Source of the DNA: Octopus bimaculoides
Lineage: Eukaryota
DNA: 33,711 nucleotides
NCBI RefSeq assembly: GCF_001194135.2
Contig: NC_068999.1
Coordinates: 37,952,728-37,986,438, forward strand
Direction: 5' to 3'
The number at the start of each line of letters is the position of its first letter. The stretch's first letter is position 1. The position numbers and the translations under genes were made by a program. Positions 22,566 to 33,463 of this stretch are shown here, piece after piece. The notes under the pieces were generated by a model. That model was not told where the DNA came from, made no database searches, and saw only the letters and a program-made list of their open reading frames with translations.

Positions 22566-23254
22566 TGCAGGGTGGTATGTGTGATGTGCAACATCTTTTA
22601 AGATACTGCAACACACAACACGGAATCGTCCAAATCTTCAGGATGCATCGTGTTGCATAAGACCATATACGGACGTGCCACTGGACAGCGTAGCCCAACA
22701 GCATCTGCTAATCTGATGAAGAAAACCAACAATCAGAAAAAGAAGAAAGAAAGAAGATTGAAATGTAAGAGGCTAATGGAAGATTGAACAATTGTAGATA
22801 GTTCAATTAGGTTGTCAGAGAATGTCGACATCAGAAAAGGGAGAGAACGCGCGTATAAGGAATTGTTCACCAAATATTACTGATTAGCATAAAAAAGGCA
22901 AAAAATATCAAGGAAGACAAATGGCAGTTCTTCTTTCAAATTTCAATGATCCTAGAAACACCCTGCAGAGCAAACGTATATTAGATGTTTTACTTAATCC
23001 TTTGAAGGTATTTACGGAAGGTATTTACAAAGACACAATCTATTCGATTTTATTAGCTTCCTTTATTAGATTAATTTAAGGGATTCCCTTAATTATTGAC
23101 TGTACCGTTATCTTTTAAATAAATTGTTTAAATAACTATATTTGAGGATGTAACCAGTATAATGGAAGAAGATTACCGAAGATAGTACGCAAGTGTTAAT
23201 TAGGAGAGATATTGCTAATTAGTATAAAGTCGCGATTTCTAGGGAAACTGTAGA

Positions 23255-23259
23255 AGAGA

Positions 23260-23306
<47 letters not shown>
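23255..23306. repeat. (GA)n microsatellite
   Basis: Read directly from the sequence. Similar (CT)n lies at about 22304-22335 and (GA)n at about 27456-27536 and 27919-27966. Confidence 0.95.
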
Positions 23307-23309
<3 letters not shown>

Positions 23310-23465
23310 AAAGGAAAAGAAAAGAAATCAAAAATAAAATGAAAGAATAAATCGTAGAGGTACCTATGGTGATACTGTCACAAAAAACAACTATTAAAGA
23401 GAAATAGAATATGATTGATTCGGGCAATATCAAACAAACGAGTGTATTAGGCATAGATAATTAGT

Positions 23466-23655
<190 letters not shown>

Positions 23656-24374
23656 GAAATTTAGAATTACGTATTTCAAACGTTAATTCAGGAACCATGA
23701 AATAAGACTTCCGTAATTAATAGGAAAGCAAACCAGTACCGCTGGTCGCCTTCAGGAAATAGATTATCTATGACTACAAACACTCTTATTATAGTTACAC
23801 TTTTCTTTTATTAATTAGATAAGGAATAAATAAAAATAAAACTAATCGCTAAAAGAATTATATAAGTTTAATAAAATAATCTAAATAGTAACTATCTAAT
23901 TAACGCAGAGTAATAAGAACAGGTCAATGAATTCAAAATTGTATTTATGGAAGATAAATCCAGTACTAAAGAGAGATGGATAATGAAATTAATATCATGA
24001 GCAAACTATTGTTTCGGACAGGTTTGGTTGCAATCTCTGCTGCTTTGAAATTTTTGTCATCTTAAAATGTTCGGATAATATTATCAATAAATTTTATGAG
24101 TAAAGAAACACATGCTCACATTCTATCCGAGGAACTTTCTCATACTTTAAACTCATTGCATAATTTGTTTTCGATCTATCAAAAGCATAATTGTACTAAT
24201 TATTTCATTCTTACACTTAGAGATTTTATATTTTCCATTGATTTCATTAAAAACCTTCAAGGTTTCGCGGTCCCCTTTTCGTGGTCCATTGTTTCTGATT
24301 TCCTAGTCGTAGCCAAAAGAGAAGAGATAAACATGGGACAAGTAGAAAGTTTTCATAACGCTAACAATTAGCCT

Positions 24375-24410
24375 GGTGGCAAGCTGGTGAACTGGCAGAA
24401 ACGTTAACAC
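24375..24410 (+). mobile_element. Isolated SINE A 5' head fragment
   Basis: GGTGAACTGGCAGAAACGTTAACAC is an A-box-like head. It corresponds to AGGCAGCGAGC at 445 and TTAGCA at 14533; the full head is from recalled consensus. Confidence 0.45.
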
Positions 24411-25354
24411 TTCATACATACCAGCCTTTAGGATAGTACAATGCAATAAAATTTATTAACGAAACGACTGTAGCGATATCGTATAATCCAGGTGTTTGTC
24501 GTTTTACACAATGCTGCAGTTCTCTTCAGATTTTGCTACTCAAGGATTTACGGCTTACCAAACACCAGTCGACACCCTACATCGTCTACCAGTGGATCTG
24601 TGCTTTACCGTGTGGCCATTAATGTGTTGTGCTTCACGTTTATATGTTCCGATCTTAATTGATGCTCCATAATATAGACACACGAATACACACGCGCGCT
24701 CGTCGAAATTTCACATTGATGGCATAATTGTAAGTGTTGTGAAAGATCTCTACTTTTCCCATACGTACCTATGCTTTCTATTTTGTCTACGTTTGGGAGT
24801 CCGAATCAGCGTTTTTGTATAATAAATTTATTGTCAGATTTTCTACATGTTTTCGGAATTTCCTGGTGGGAAATATTTGTTAGTTTCGTTTTTGTCTTAA
24901 ATCTAATCAATTCTCGAATCCTATTCTTGTATCTCCTTTCCAACAATCATATTTAGCGTTTTAGTCTCTGTTTTTGTTCAATTCGTATCTTGTCGTTGTT
25001 TTTATTAAGTTTCTCTCATTATTCATTTTTCACTGGCTGAGCCAGANNNNNNNNNNNNNNNNNNNNNNNNNNNNNNNNNNNNNNNNNNNNNNNNNNNNNN
25101 NNNNNNNNNNNNNNNNNNNNNNNNNNNNNNNNNNNNNNNNNNNNNNNNNNNNNNNNNNNNNNNNNNNNNNNNNNNNNNNNNNNNNNNNNNNNNAACAATC
25201 ATATTTAGCGTTTTAGTCTCTGTTTTTGTTCAATTCGTATCTTGTTGTTGTTTTTATTAAGTTTCTCTCATTATTCATTTTTCACTGGCTGAGCCAGAAG
25301 AAAGAGACTGTGCCCACTTCTCTTGTAGTTCCTCTGAGACCGTTGTGCTTCATG

Positions 25355-25585
25355 CCGGTAATGTTTCGTTTAACCAGTTGCAGATAAATAAATGCCGAAA
25401 AGGCAAGAACAGTGACAATATTCCAGATGGACGCTGCTCTAGTAAGGAAGGAATAGAGGTAATAATTAACAGCAGCCAAATCACCCTCCTTGAAACAGAA
25501 TTATCAATCGGATATCGGATACTGTTCCCTTTGATGCACTGCATATTACGAACAAAAGGTGTTATAGTCACGCCTGTAACGTGTT
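25355..25585 (-). pseudogene. C-terminal relic of LINE ORF2 (CR1/L2/Jockey group)
   Basis: One frame reads RYRRDYNTFCS*YAVHQREQYPISD**FCFKEGDLAAVNYYLYSFLTRAASIWNIVTVLAFSAFIYLQLVKRNI. It parallels the typical end 'FYRYY.G.CS..L...RT..Y..SFFPRT.RLWN.LP...F...YNLQ.FK..VN'. Confidence 0.6.
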
Positions 25586-25899
25586 GTTGCCCCATTTTTA
25601 GTCAATTAAGGTTGAAATTGAGGTTAATCAATAAAAGAGAGCAAGAAACGGATTAAGCTTCTACGCATTCGCTCACCTTGCAAGAATTACCATCGAAATG
25701 TTCATAAATTTGCACATCACTAACTGAAACAAAATGAATTAGCAGACAACATGTAGAATGAAAAGACTGGATGGTCATGGATGGAGAACGTTCGATCATT
25801 GATTTATTTGATCGAAGCTCACCTGTGGCTAAACGAATAAGAAAAGTAGAAGGAGCAGTAGAAATAGCAGCAAAAGTAGAGGCAGGTTAGGCAGCAGAA

Positions 25900-25990
25900 G
25901 TAGTTGCAGCAGCAGCAGCAGCTATGCAGTAGCCGTAAGCGAGGGTACAACAGCAGTAGCAGCAGCAGCAGCATCATCATCATCATCATC
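25900..25990. repeat. (CAG)n/(CAT)n degenerate trinucleotide tract
   Basis: Read directly from the sequence. Confidence 0.85.
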
Positions 25991-26237
25991 AGACACTATA
26001 AACAGTTGACCTCCCACGCCACTCCCGTTAACTAATCGGTTTGCTTAATCGACCATCCACAGCAATCATTATTTCCAATCATTGGAAATAATGATTCAAA
26101 CGGTGTTATTCCTCTTGAGTTTCCTTTTGTTTTCTTTTGACTTTCTTCATTAGAATGTATTAATTCCATTACGAATACCCATGTGATCCCCCCCTCCCCA
26201 CTCACACCGAACGCTTCTAATACCAAGAAAACTTCAT

Positions 26238-26475
26238 GAAAAAGAAGAATGTATAAACGATGTCTCAAAGGAATGGCAACAACTTTGATCACCTCATTGG
26301 CATTCATTGCATTTNNNNNNNNNNNNNNNNNNNNNNNNNNNNNNNNNNNNNNNNNNNNNNNNNNNNNNNNNNNNNNNNNNNNNNNNNNNNNNNNNNNNNG
26401 AAAATTTCAAAGTATTTATCGTCCAAAAAAATAATTGGTCGTTTGCATAAGCGTTTACAGTTTTCTTATGGAAAC
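26238..26475 (+). pseudogene. Possible Kolobok/Mutator-like (CxxH-group DDE) transposase relic spanning a gap
   Basis: EKEECINDVSK(-1 fs)MATTL resembles EKEECINHVSKRMGT.LR. After the gap, GRLHKRLQFSYGN resembles GRLT...I..LQ.YYG. Both reference motifs are recalled, not searched. Confidence 0.4.
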
Positions 26476-26684
26476 ACATACGTAACAGTTTATTCTTTAG
26501 CCAAGGAGTTTCTCATTCACAATGCTGAAACAGGGATTCATTTTTGTTTCTTTCATTTCTCATTAAAACATAATTAAACACTTGTTGGTACTACTCAACA
26601 GCAGATCGGCTATAATTGAACTATGATCAACGGAGATTCCGTTGTGAGCATTCCATCAGCATTATTTCATTATCCATATATAAC

Positions 26685-26890
26685 CAGTGGTGTAGTTAGA
26701 GGCGGATTTGTAAGGGAGGCGGTCCGCTCAAGGCAACACACTCATGGGGGGGGGGGGGCAGCACCGTTAGATCTGTTGTATAAGCTTGTATTGGTTGTAT
26801 AGAAAAATGCTTTTAATATCAGGACACGACACGGATGTGGTGGTTAACTGAAAGGATACCCGAGCGTCACGTACTGTAGTTACGTTACTG
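26685..26890. mobile_element. 206-bp non-autonomous hAT-type MITE
   Basis: Left end CAGTGGTGTAGTTA; reverse complement of the right end CAGTAACGTAACTA (9/14 identical, all mismatches transitions). The 8-bp flanks TATATAAC / TATGTAGG are 5/8 identical. GC-rich subterminal GGCGGTCCGC...G-run and CCGAGCGTCAC. Confidence 0.6.
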
Positions 26891-27455
26891 TATGTAGGGT
26901 CACCATCGGTCACTGATGGTCGAGCAGGCCTGGGCAAGATTTCCTGAAGAAGACTAGCAGCTGTCCATTATAGACTTGTAACTTCTCGCTTATGAAGGGC
27001 TTCCTGTGTATTCATCTATGTAAGCGTTTCTCTTTTTTTAATTTGGAGTTAATTTTGATTGACCAACTGCTTGGTAGCAAGGTTGTGAAAGAAATCGCCT
27101 GTCTTACTTTATTCGTTAGCATTTAAATCTTAAAGAAGTCTTGCAGATTTAAAATGTCGCAGATATTGCGGCCATTTTAAGGTTATGAAAAAGGAAATGC
27201 ATTCTCTCCCTAGTAAACAAAATCCAGCCATACTTTGTTCCAGGCTGGTTGGCACGTATTCTGTTGCTCCTGTAATAATATGAACGTATATACAGAGGGG
27301 AAGGGAGAGACAGAGGGGTGAATATTTTTGAATCTTAGAAGATAAAGAGAGAGAGGGAGATAAAGAAAGAGAGAGAGAAACAGAAATAGAAAGAATATAA
27401 TGATACAAGCAGGTGTGAGACTGAGTGATCGAAAGAAAAAGAAAGGGGAACAGTA

Positions 27456-27506
<51 letters not shown>

Positions 27507-27915
27507 GAGAGAGTGGGAGAGAGAGAGAAAGAGAGCTAAAAGCAAGGCAAAGATTGGGCGAGAAAGATAGAATATAAATATAGAGCTTCATGTTCTCCAT
27601 ACGTTTAACTCGATTTTAATTTCATTTTTATGCTCTTATTTGTTTTCTTTTCTAACAAGATTGATGTCTACATGTATTTAAGATGGCCGGTGAACATATG
27701 AATTCATGAAGATTGATAACGTATAAGTCTATATTACTTCTATAAATATATGTCTATTTACTGTAGAATGATGAAAATATTGCAGGGAATCAATAACCTT
27801 GTCTCAGCTGTCCTGTATACTTGCTCCATGAAAATGTTCTATAATATTTAAACGGTTAGATATACAATGTTGTTTAATGTGTGTATCACAAAAAGGCGGA
27901 GGAGGGAGAGGAGCA

Positions 27916-27969
<54 letters not shown>

Positions 27970-28240
27970 ATAGATATGTGTACGAGATAATCACCGGAGA
28001 CCTTTGTGACTTCTATATCTTTTAATCTATGTTGTGTGCACGAATTCGGCACTTTAATTCTCAAGTGACATTCTTATAAAGCTTATCTCTTTGAAAATGT
28101 GTTGTGTACAAAAGAGAAAAGATCCTTACTCTCATCAACGGCATTATTCTGCACCCAGTTTCGAACATAAAATTCTGAGCAAGATTATATATGATAATGT
28201 CAACGAGTGTGTTTTTTCGATGTCTTTTTTTTTTGTAAAT

Positions 28241-28515
28241 ATTTTACTTGTTTCAGCCACTGAACAGAGGCCATGCTAGGGCAGCGCCTTTAATCGAACA
28301 ATTCGATCCCAATACTTATTTTCTTTAAGTCTGGTACTTATTCAATCGACCAACTTTTGCTCAACCGCTAAGTTAAAGGTTTCCACGTCTAAGAAATTCA
28401 CTCACAACACATTGGTTGCGCTAGGGCTATAGTGGTTGATACTTAACCAGGAGAACATGCAATAGGATTGAACCGGAGACCAGGCAGATAGAATGTGAGC
28501 TCCTTAACTGAGTTA
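28241..28515 (-). mobile_element. SINE B, old copy lacking the internal microsatellite segment
   Basis: TTACTTGTTTCAG, GGCCATGCT, GTACTTATTC, CCGCTAAGTTA, CACTCACAA, GGCTATAGT and GATTGAACC are colinear with 7141-7531. Confidence 0.8.
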
Positions 28516-29517
28516 GATCACGTCTATGCTTTTGATGTATAAAAGACGTGCGTGGGTTATACCTACCGGATCAACTGGGAATTTGTTGAGCGCTACTCAA
28601 TGTTGATGTACCTGATTTTCTTCTCCAATCGATAGCTTAAAATATTGAACTCTGATATAAAGCAATGAGAACGTAAGTTATTACCCCAGTGGATATCTTC
28701 ATTAGCATAATTCTTCTATCATTGGTTCGTCATTAATTAAACATTATATATTATTTTATACACAACACAATGCAAATTAGAAGGGCTACAATTCCTTAAT
28801 ATCTGGTCATCATCTGTATTTTTCGTTCATAGAGATTTCTCCTTATTTCAACGTCAGTGTTCACAGACGCACGCACTGCACTACATATTCAATACACTTT
28901 ACATTGTATTGTCAACACAAAACAAGTAAGCCATTGATCAGAATCCATATTCTTTTTTGCAACATTTTGTCAAAATTACATTTAAATCTTACTAAAATTT
29001 ATTTATATATTTTTGGTTTATCGTTTTTTTTTGTGGGGGGTGGGGAAGAATTGCAGGATTTCCGACATGTAGCACACTTTTTCTCAACTTTCTGATATTT
29101 TTCTAACAAAGACAAAAAAAAAAAAGGTAAAGAAAACGTAAGCAGATAAGTAAAAATAAAATCATCAGATACACCATACGCAAAACTGAAAGCAACACTT
29201 TATTCCATTATGAATAGTATTTTCGAATTTATTTAATGAAAACTGAGGCCTAAGAAAAATTAATAAAAACCAGTAAATAAGAATCCGCTGCTTGGAGAGA
29301 GTGGATTTATTTAATCGCAAAACATTAATATAACGGATAAATAAGCTTCGTCGTTTTCGTATAGAAAAAGAAATGATGATTTTAATCCAATTAATAAAGC
29401 TATAGAATGTATTCTAANNNNNNNNNNNNNNNNNNNNNNNNNNNNNNNNNNNNNNNNNNNNNNNNNNNNNNNNNNNNNNNNNNNNNNNNNNNNNNNNNNN
29501 NNNNNNNNNNNNNNNNN

Positions 29518-29550
<33 letters not shown>

Positions 29551-29610
29551 CAAGAGGCTTCACGGGCAGAGTACTCAATACATTGTATTGAGTGATTTAT
29601 AATTATGCAT

Positions 29611-29842
29611 TTATCTTTTGTATTGTACCTATTTCACTTACTGGACTTCGGCCATGCTGAAGCACAACTATGAAGGGTTTCATTTATAGAAATCGACTCC
29701 AGTTTTTATTTGAAGCCTGTCACTTATTCCATTGGCCTCTTTTTCTGAATCGCTAAGTTTCAGGGACGTAAACACGTCAACACCGGTTATCAATCGGTGG
29801 TGGTGGGACAAAAACAAAATGACACGCACATACATACATGTA
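29611..29842 (-). mobile_element. SINE B 3' half
   Basis: CGGCCATGCTGAAGCAC, AAATCGACTCCAG, GAAGCCTGTCACTTATTCC, CGCTAAGTTTCAGGGACGTAAACAC and GGTGGTGGGACA are colinear with 7150-7345. Confidence 0.85.
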
Positions 29843-30041
29843 CGTATGTATGTCGTTGCACTCTGTCGGTTACGATGACGAGAGTTCCAGTTGACCCGAT
29901 CAACGGAACATCATGCTCGTGAAATTAACGTGCAAGTGGTTAAGCACTCCACACACACGTGAAACCTTAACGTAGTTCTGGGGAAAATTAGTGTGGCACA
30001 AAGTGTGACAAAACTGGCCCTTTGAAATACAGGTACAACAG
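29843..30041 (-). mobile_element. SINE family D, 3' half with (CATA)n tail
   Basis: The minus strand ends ...CGTAACCGACAGAGTGCAACGACATACATAC. Recognised from memory as a common octopus SINE; only a tiny related stretch (CGGATCAACTGG, about 28567) is present elsewhere in the window. Confidence 0.55.
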
Positions 30042-30506
30042 GTTCTGTGGCATTTTGCACATACCATACTATGTTGTTTTCTTCTGCTCTAATTTTGTGT
30101 CCTCATCCAGTCCCCTTTCTCCATTTGCTCCCTTCATGTATCGGCGACCAGTGTTTGCACGTGGACGATGGGCTCCATGCACCGTTCGAAGCTTTCTTGA
30201 CTTCTTGTCCACCTCCTTTAGTTTCGCGTCTGTCCACTTCAGGATTCCAGCGACATACCGAACTATTGCGACTGCGCACGAGATTATTCCCCAAATTAAG
30301 TCTCTGGCATTCAGTTTTGAAGTCAATATTTTTCTCACTCGCCGCAGGTACTCTCTTTTTGCATTTTCCTTCATGTCATGGTGTTTAATTCCATCTGCCT
30401 CAGGTATTCCCAGGTGTTTATAGCTGGACTGAGGTTGAATTGCCTTCATCATCTCACCACTTGGCAAACCTATGCCTTCTGTCCTGATAAGCTTACGTCG
30501 TCTCAT
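30042..30506 (-). pseudogene. Dong/R4-clade non-LTR retrotransposon ORF fragment (end of RT / thumb region)
   Basis: About 145 uninterrupted codons: MRRRKLIRTEGIGLPSGEMMKAIQPQSSYKHLGIPEADGIKHHDMKENAKREYLRRVRKILTSKLNARDLIWGIISCAVAIVRYVAGILKWTDAKLKEVDKKSRKLRTVHGAHRPRANTGRRYMKGANGERGL, then after a frameshift EENNIVWYVQNATEP. This matches the R4/Dong pattern YKYLG..EAD.IK...MK....KEY.RR.RK.L.SKLN..N.I.AIN..AV...RY.AG...W....L...DRKTRK....H....P......LY.....GGRGL. Confidence 0.9.
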
Positions 30507-30507
30507 G

Positions 30508-30529
30508 ATTATTATTATCATCATCATCA

Positions 30530-30596
<67 letters not shown>

Positions 30597-30616
30597 CATT
30601 ATTATTATTATTATTA

Positions 30617-30695
<79 letters not shown>

Positions 30696-30706
30696 CATCA
30701 TTATTA
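30508..30706. repeat. (ATT)n array with interspersed ATC units, about 66 units
   Basis: Read directly from the sequence; it is (AAT)n immediately 5' of the Dong fragment on the minus strand. Confidence 0.98.
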
Positions 30707-30852
30707 AGGCCTGTATGTTGGCGACAGTATTGGCAGAGCAGCTTGTTAGAAAATCCTCCTTATTATTATTAGAAAGCAGGAATGATAATTTTTAAGCCAC
30801 GGTGTTCTTGTTTCTCTTGCTGTTTCTGTTGTTTTTGTAGTTTGTTTTCATC

Positions 30853-30920
30853 AAGAAATCCTGTAACGAAAGATAAGAAATCCTGCAACGAAAGAAAGAT
30901 AAGGAATCCAGTGGGAAATA
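30853..30920. repeat. 22-26-bp degenerate tandem repeat x3
   Basis: AAGAAATCCTGTAACGAAAGAT / AAGAAATCCTGCAACGAAAGAAAGAT / AAGGAATCCAGTGGGAAATA. Confidence 0.7.
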
Positions 30921-31858
30921 TATATACACCCAAAGCGAATAACTCCGACAAGAAGTTCATTGTTCAGTAAGTTAACCGCGTTGATTATGGAGTATGAAAC
31001 TAGAGGCTGGTCGCTTATCTCTTTGCCAACTAAATACATAATGAAAGAATGGTAAGAAATAATGAAACAAGCGAACAAACACAGAACGACTGGAATAAAG
31101 AAATAATAAAGATGCGAAGAAAGAAAGAAAGAAAGAAGTAGCAATAACCTAATATATAAGAACGCATGGGAAAATGTCAAAATTGTGCGAAATGATCCAA
31201 ATATAATTTGATATAATATTTTGTTTTTCTTTAGACATCCAACAAATATGAATTTATTTCTGTCTAGATATACAAACGTGTTATGTTTTAAAGAAAGACG
31301 GGTACAACAAACTGCCATTTATATCTTTCACAATATAAGCAGTCGCAGACATTGATGGATCGTTTTTGAACAAAGCAAAGATAATCCGTCTTCATTCCAT
31401 CTTACAGAAGATTTAGTTATGGTTCTTGAATGTGTACTTTCTCATATACCAGTTTGTGACGGTTCCTGCAGGATAGGACAGCAGAGGATTAGTATAGTGT
31501 GGATTTTTGTACACCCTGTGAAGCAGTTAAATTGGGCAGTGTCTGTTCCTTCACTGCAGCATCCTTCAATATATATTTGCCCCATCTCCCGTCTCAAAAT
31601 AGTCGCCCTGTAGAGGCCGCACACTCAACACGCTTTACATTGCGACCACTGGTGTACAGTTGTTTTTGGCTGTATTCTAGATTAACATATATAATATTAT
31701 TCACTGCTTGGCAGCCTAACACACAGTCATACCTATATTATCAGGGGCCCATTAACTATGCATTCTGATATACTATTACGATGTATATAAAGCTTTTGAT
31801 TCAAGGTTATCTGTCTAGCCTACGATTCGTTTTAAATCCTCTCTCTCTTCTCTGTAAA

Positions 31859-32268
31859 GTTCGCACCTCTCGCATCCCCACTATTTACTTCCTCTCCCAA
31901 ATCCACAAACCTAACAACCCTGGCCGCCACATCGTCTCCGCCTGCAACTTCTCCACCGAACTCATCTCCAGATATCTTGACCGTGTCCTTGCCCCCGCCC
32001 CATCCCTAGTGGTTCTCTCCCCTCTCACATCCTCTCACCAACCACGCGCTTCGTTTGTTCAACTCTTTCTCCTTCCCTCCTGGCCCCTCTAAACTTCTCT
32101 TCACTCTCGACATCCAGAGCCTTTACACGGTGATCCCTCACCATGAGGGGCTGCGTGCACTCCAGCATTTCCTTGACCTTCGACCCAACCCCCAACACGA
32201 CACATCCACACTCGTTCGTCTGGCCGAACTTTCCCTCTCACTCAACTGCTTCTCGTTCGCTGTTGATT
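31859..32268 (+). pseudogene. Penelope-like element reverse transcriptase fragment, cut by a gap
   Basis: VRTSRIPTIYFLSQIHKPNNPGRHIVSACNFSTELISRYLDRVLAP(fs about 32000-32030)TNHALRLFNSFSFPPGPSKLLFTLDIQSLYTVIPHHEGLRALQHFLDLRPNPQHDTSTLVRLAELSLSLNCFSF. This shows the PLE motifs P.IYFLPKIHK, PGRPIVS, motif A D..SLYT.IP and L.RLAEL.L.LN.F.F. Confidence 0.92.
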
Positions 32269-33389
32269 NNNNNNNNNNNNNNNNNNNNNNNNNNNNNNNN
32301 GGGGAGTGAAAGAAAGGTTGAGAGAAAGTAGGAAAGAAAGAATGAAATAATGAATAATAGAAAAAAGAAAGAGGGTGAGTGAAGAAGTTATTTTTAACCT
32401 CATGATTTTGCTACGTTAGGATCAGAGATTTTGAATTTTCCTTAGTAATTCTACGATAGAAAATTTCTCTGCAATTATCAACACTCATGCTGATGTGTGT
32501 GTGTGCGTGTGTGTGTGTGCGTGCGTGTGTGTGCGTGTGTGTGTGTGTGTTAGTGTGTGTGTTCGTGCGTGTGTATGTGTACGTGCGTGCGTGTGCGTGT
32601 AAGTGTTTGGTGCATATTGACGGCCATTGTCTGTGTATGTGTTGGAGACGTGTGATATATTAGAAGGTATATTGTTTGTATGTAACGTGCGTGTTCACTT
32701 ATTTCGATTAAAAGCTTTTAAGCTCTCCTATAAATCAGAGGTGAAGGTCATCCTGTCATAGATGCATAACCCAGTAGAATACTGAAGACTGTGAACTGCC
32801 GTTCTCGGTGAAATCTTAATCAATTGTTCCAGTTATATACTTGTTACCATTTCAGACAGGATACCTCAAAAATGCTAATGTTCTGTAAAACGTTGTAGAC
32901 GGGTAAAGAGAATCGCAGTTGGATGGCGAGGACAGACATTGCAAGAGAAATTTCATAAATAGATTCCTGAATTTAATGACATCGACTTAGAAGAATTTTT
33001 AAAATGGCTGAACAAGAATGTCGTACAAAATATCTCTTGATATTTAGATCGGTCAGTCTTTTCTTTGTAAGTTCAAGTCTAACGGGTAGTCATCTTTACT
33101 GTTATTCTATCTATCTGGGGTCGATAAAATAAGCATTATTCATACGTTGAAGGTACACATATCTTAAACTTCTTTTTTCTGTTAAAACATGTTATTTAGT
33201 ATCATGAAAATGGACGGCAAGGAAATGGAAATGGCTCGACAAATATCTTCTGTCAATTTCTATACTAATCTCTAAGTTGTGAGTAAAAACCCCGACCTTC
33301 ACTACTAAAAAATTAATTCTTTGATTCTTTCGACCAGCATAAAAGTTATTTATTATTTATTTACTTGGTTCGTTGATGTGAGAGCCATA

Positions 33390-33391
<2 letters not shown>

Positions 33392-33463
<72 letters not shown>

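Noticed and set aside
22620-22740. KTIYGRATGQRS as an RTE LINE C-terminus
   Set aside because: The resemblance covers only a few residues, with no upstream W.GHV.RM motif.
24529-24675. Candidate exon (D)FATQGFTAYQTPVDTLHRLPVDL...
   Set aside because: The acceptor is plausible, but there is no donor or homology support.
24942-25298. 105-bp direct repeat flanking a gap (24942-25046 vs 25194-25298)
   Set aside because: The copies are identical except for one C/T (24994 vs 25246) and end exactly at the gap edges. This is typical of unmerged overlapping contig ends from two haplotypes, not an LTR or CRISPR.
26040-26120. Helitron 3' end at the 33-nt palindrome
   Set aside because: The hairpin is AT-rich and no CTRR lies about 10-12 nt downstream on either strand.
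32855-32901. Exon between TTTCAG and GG|GTAAAG
   Set aside because: There are stop codons in all three frames.
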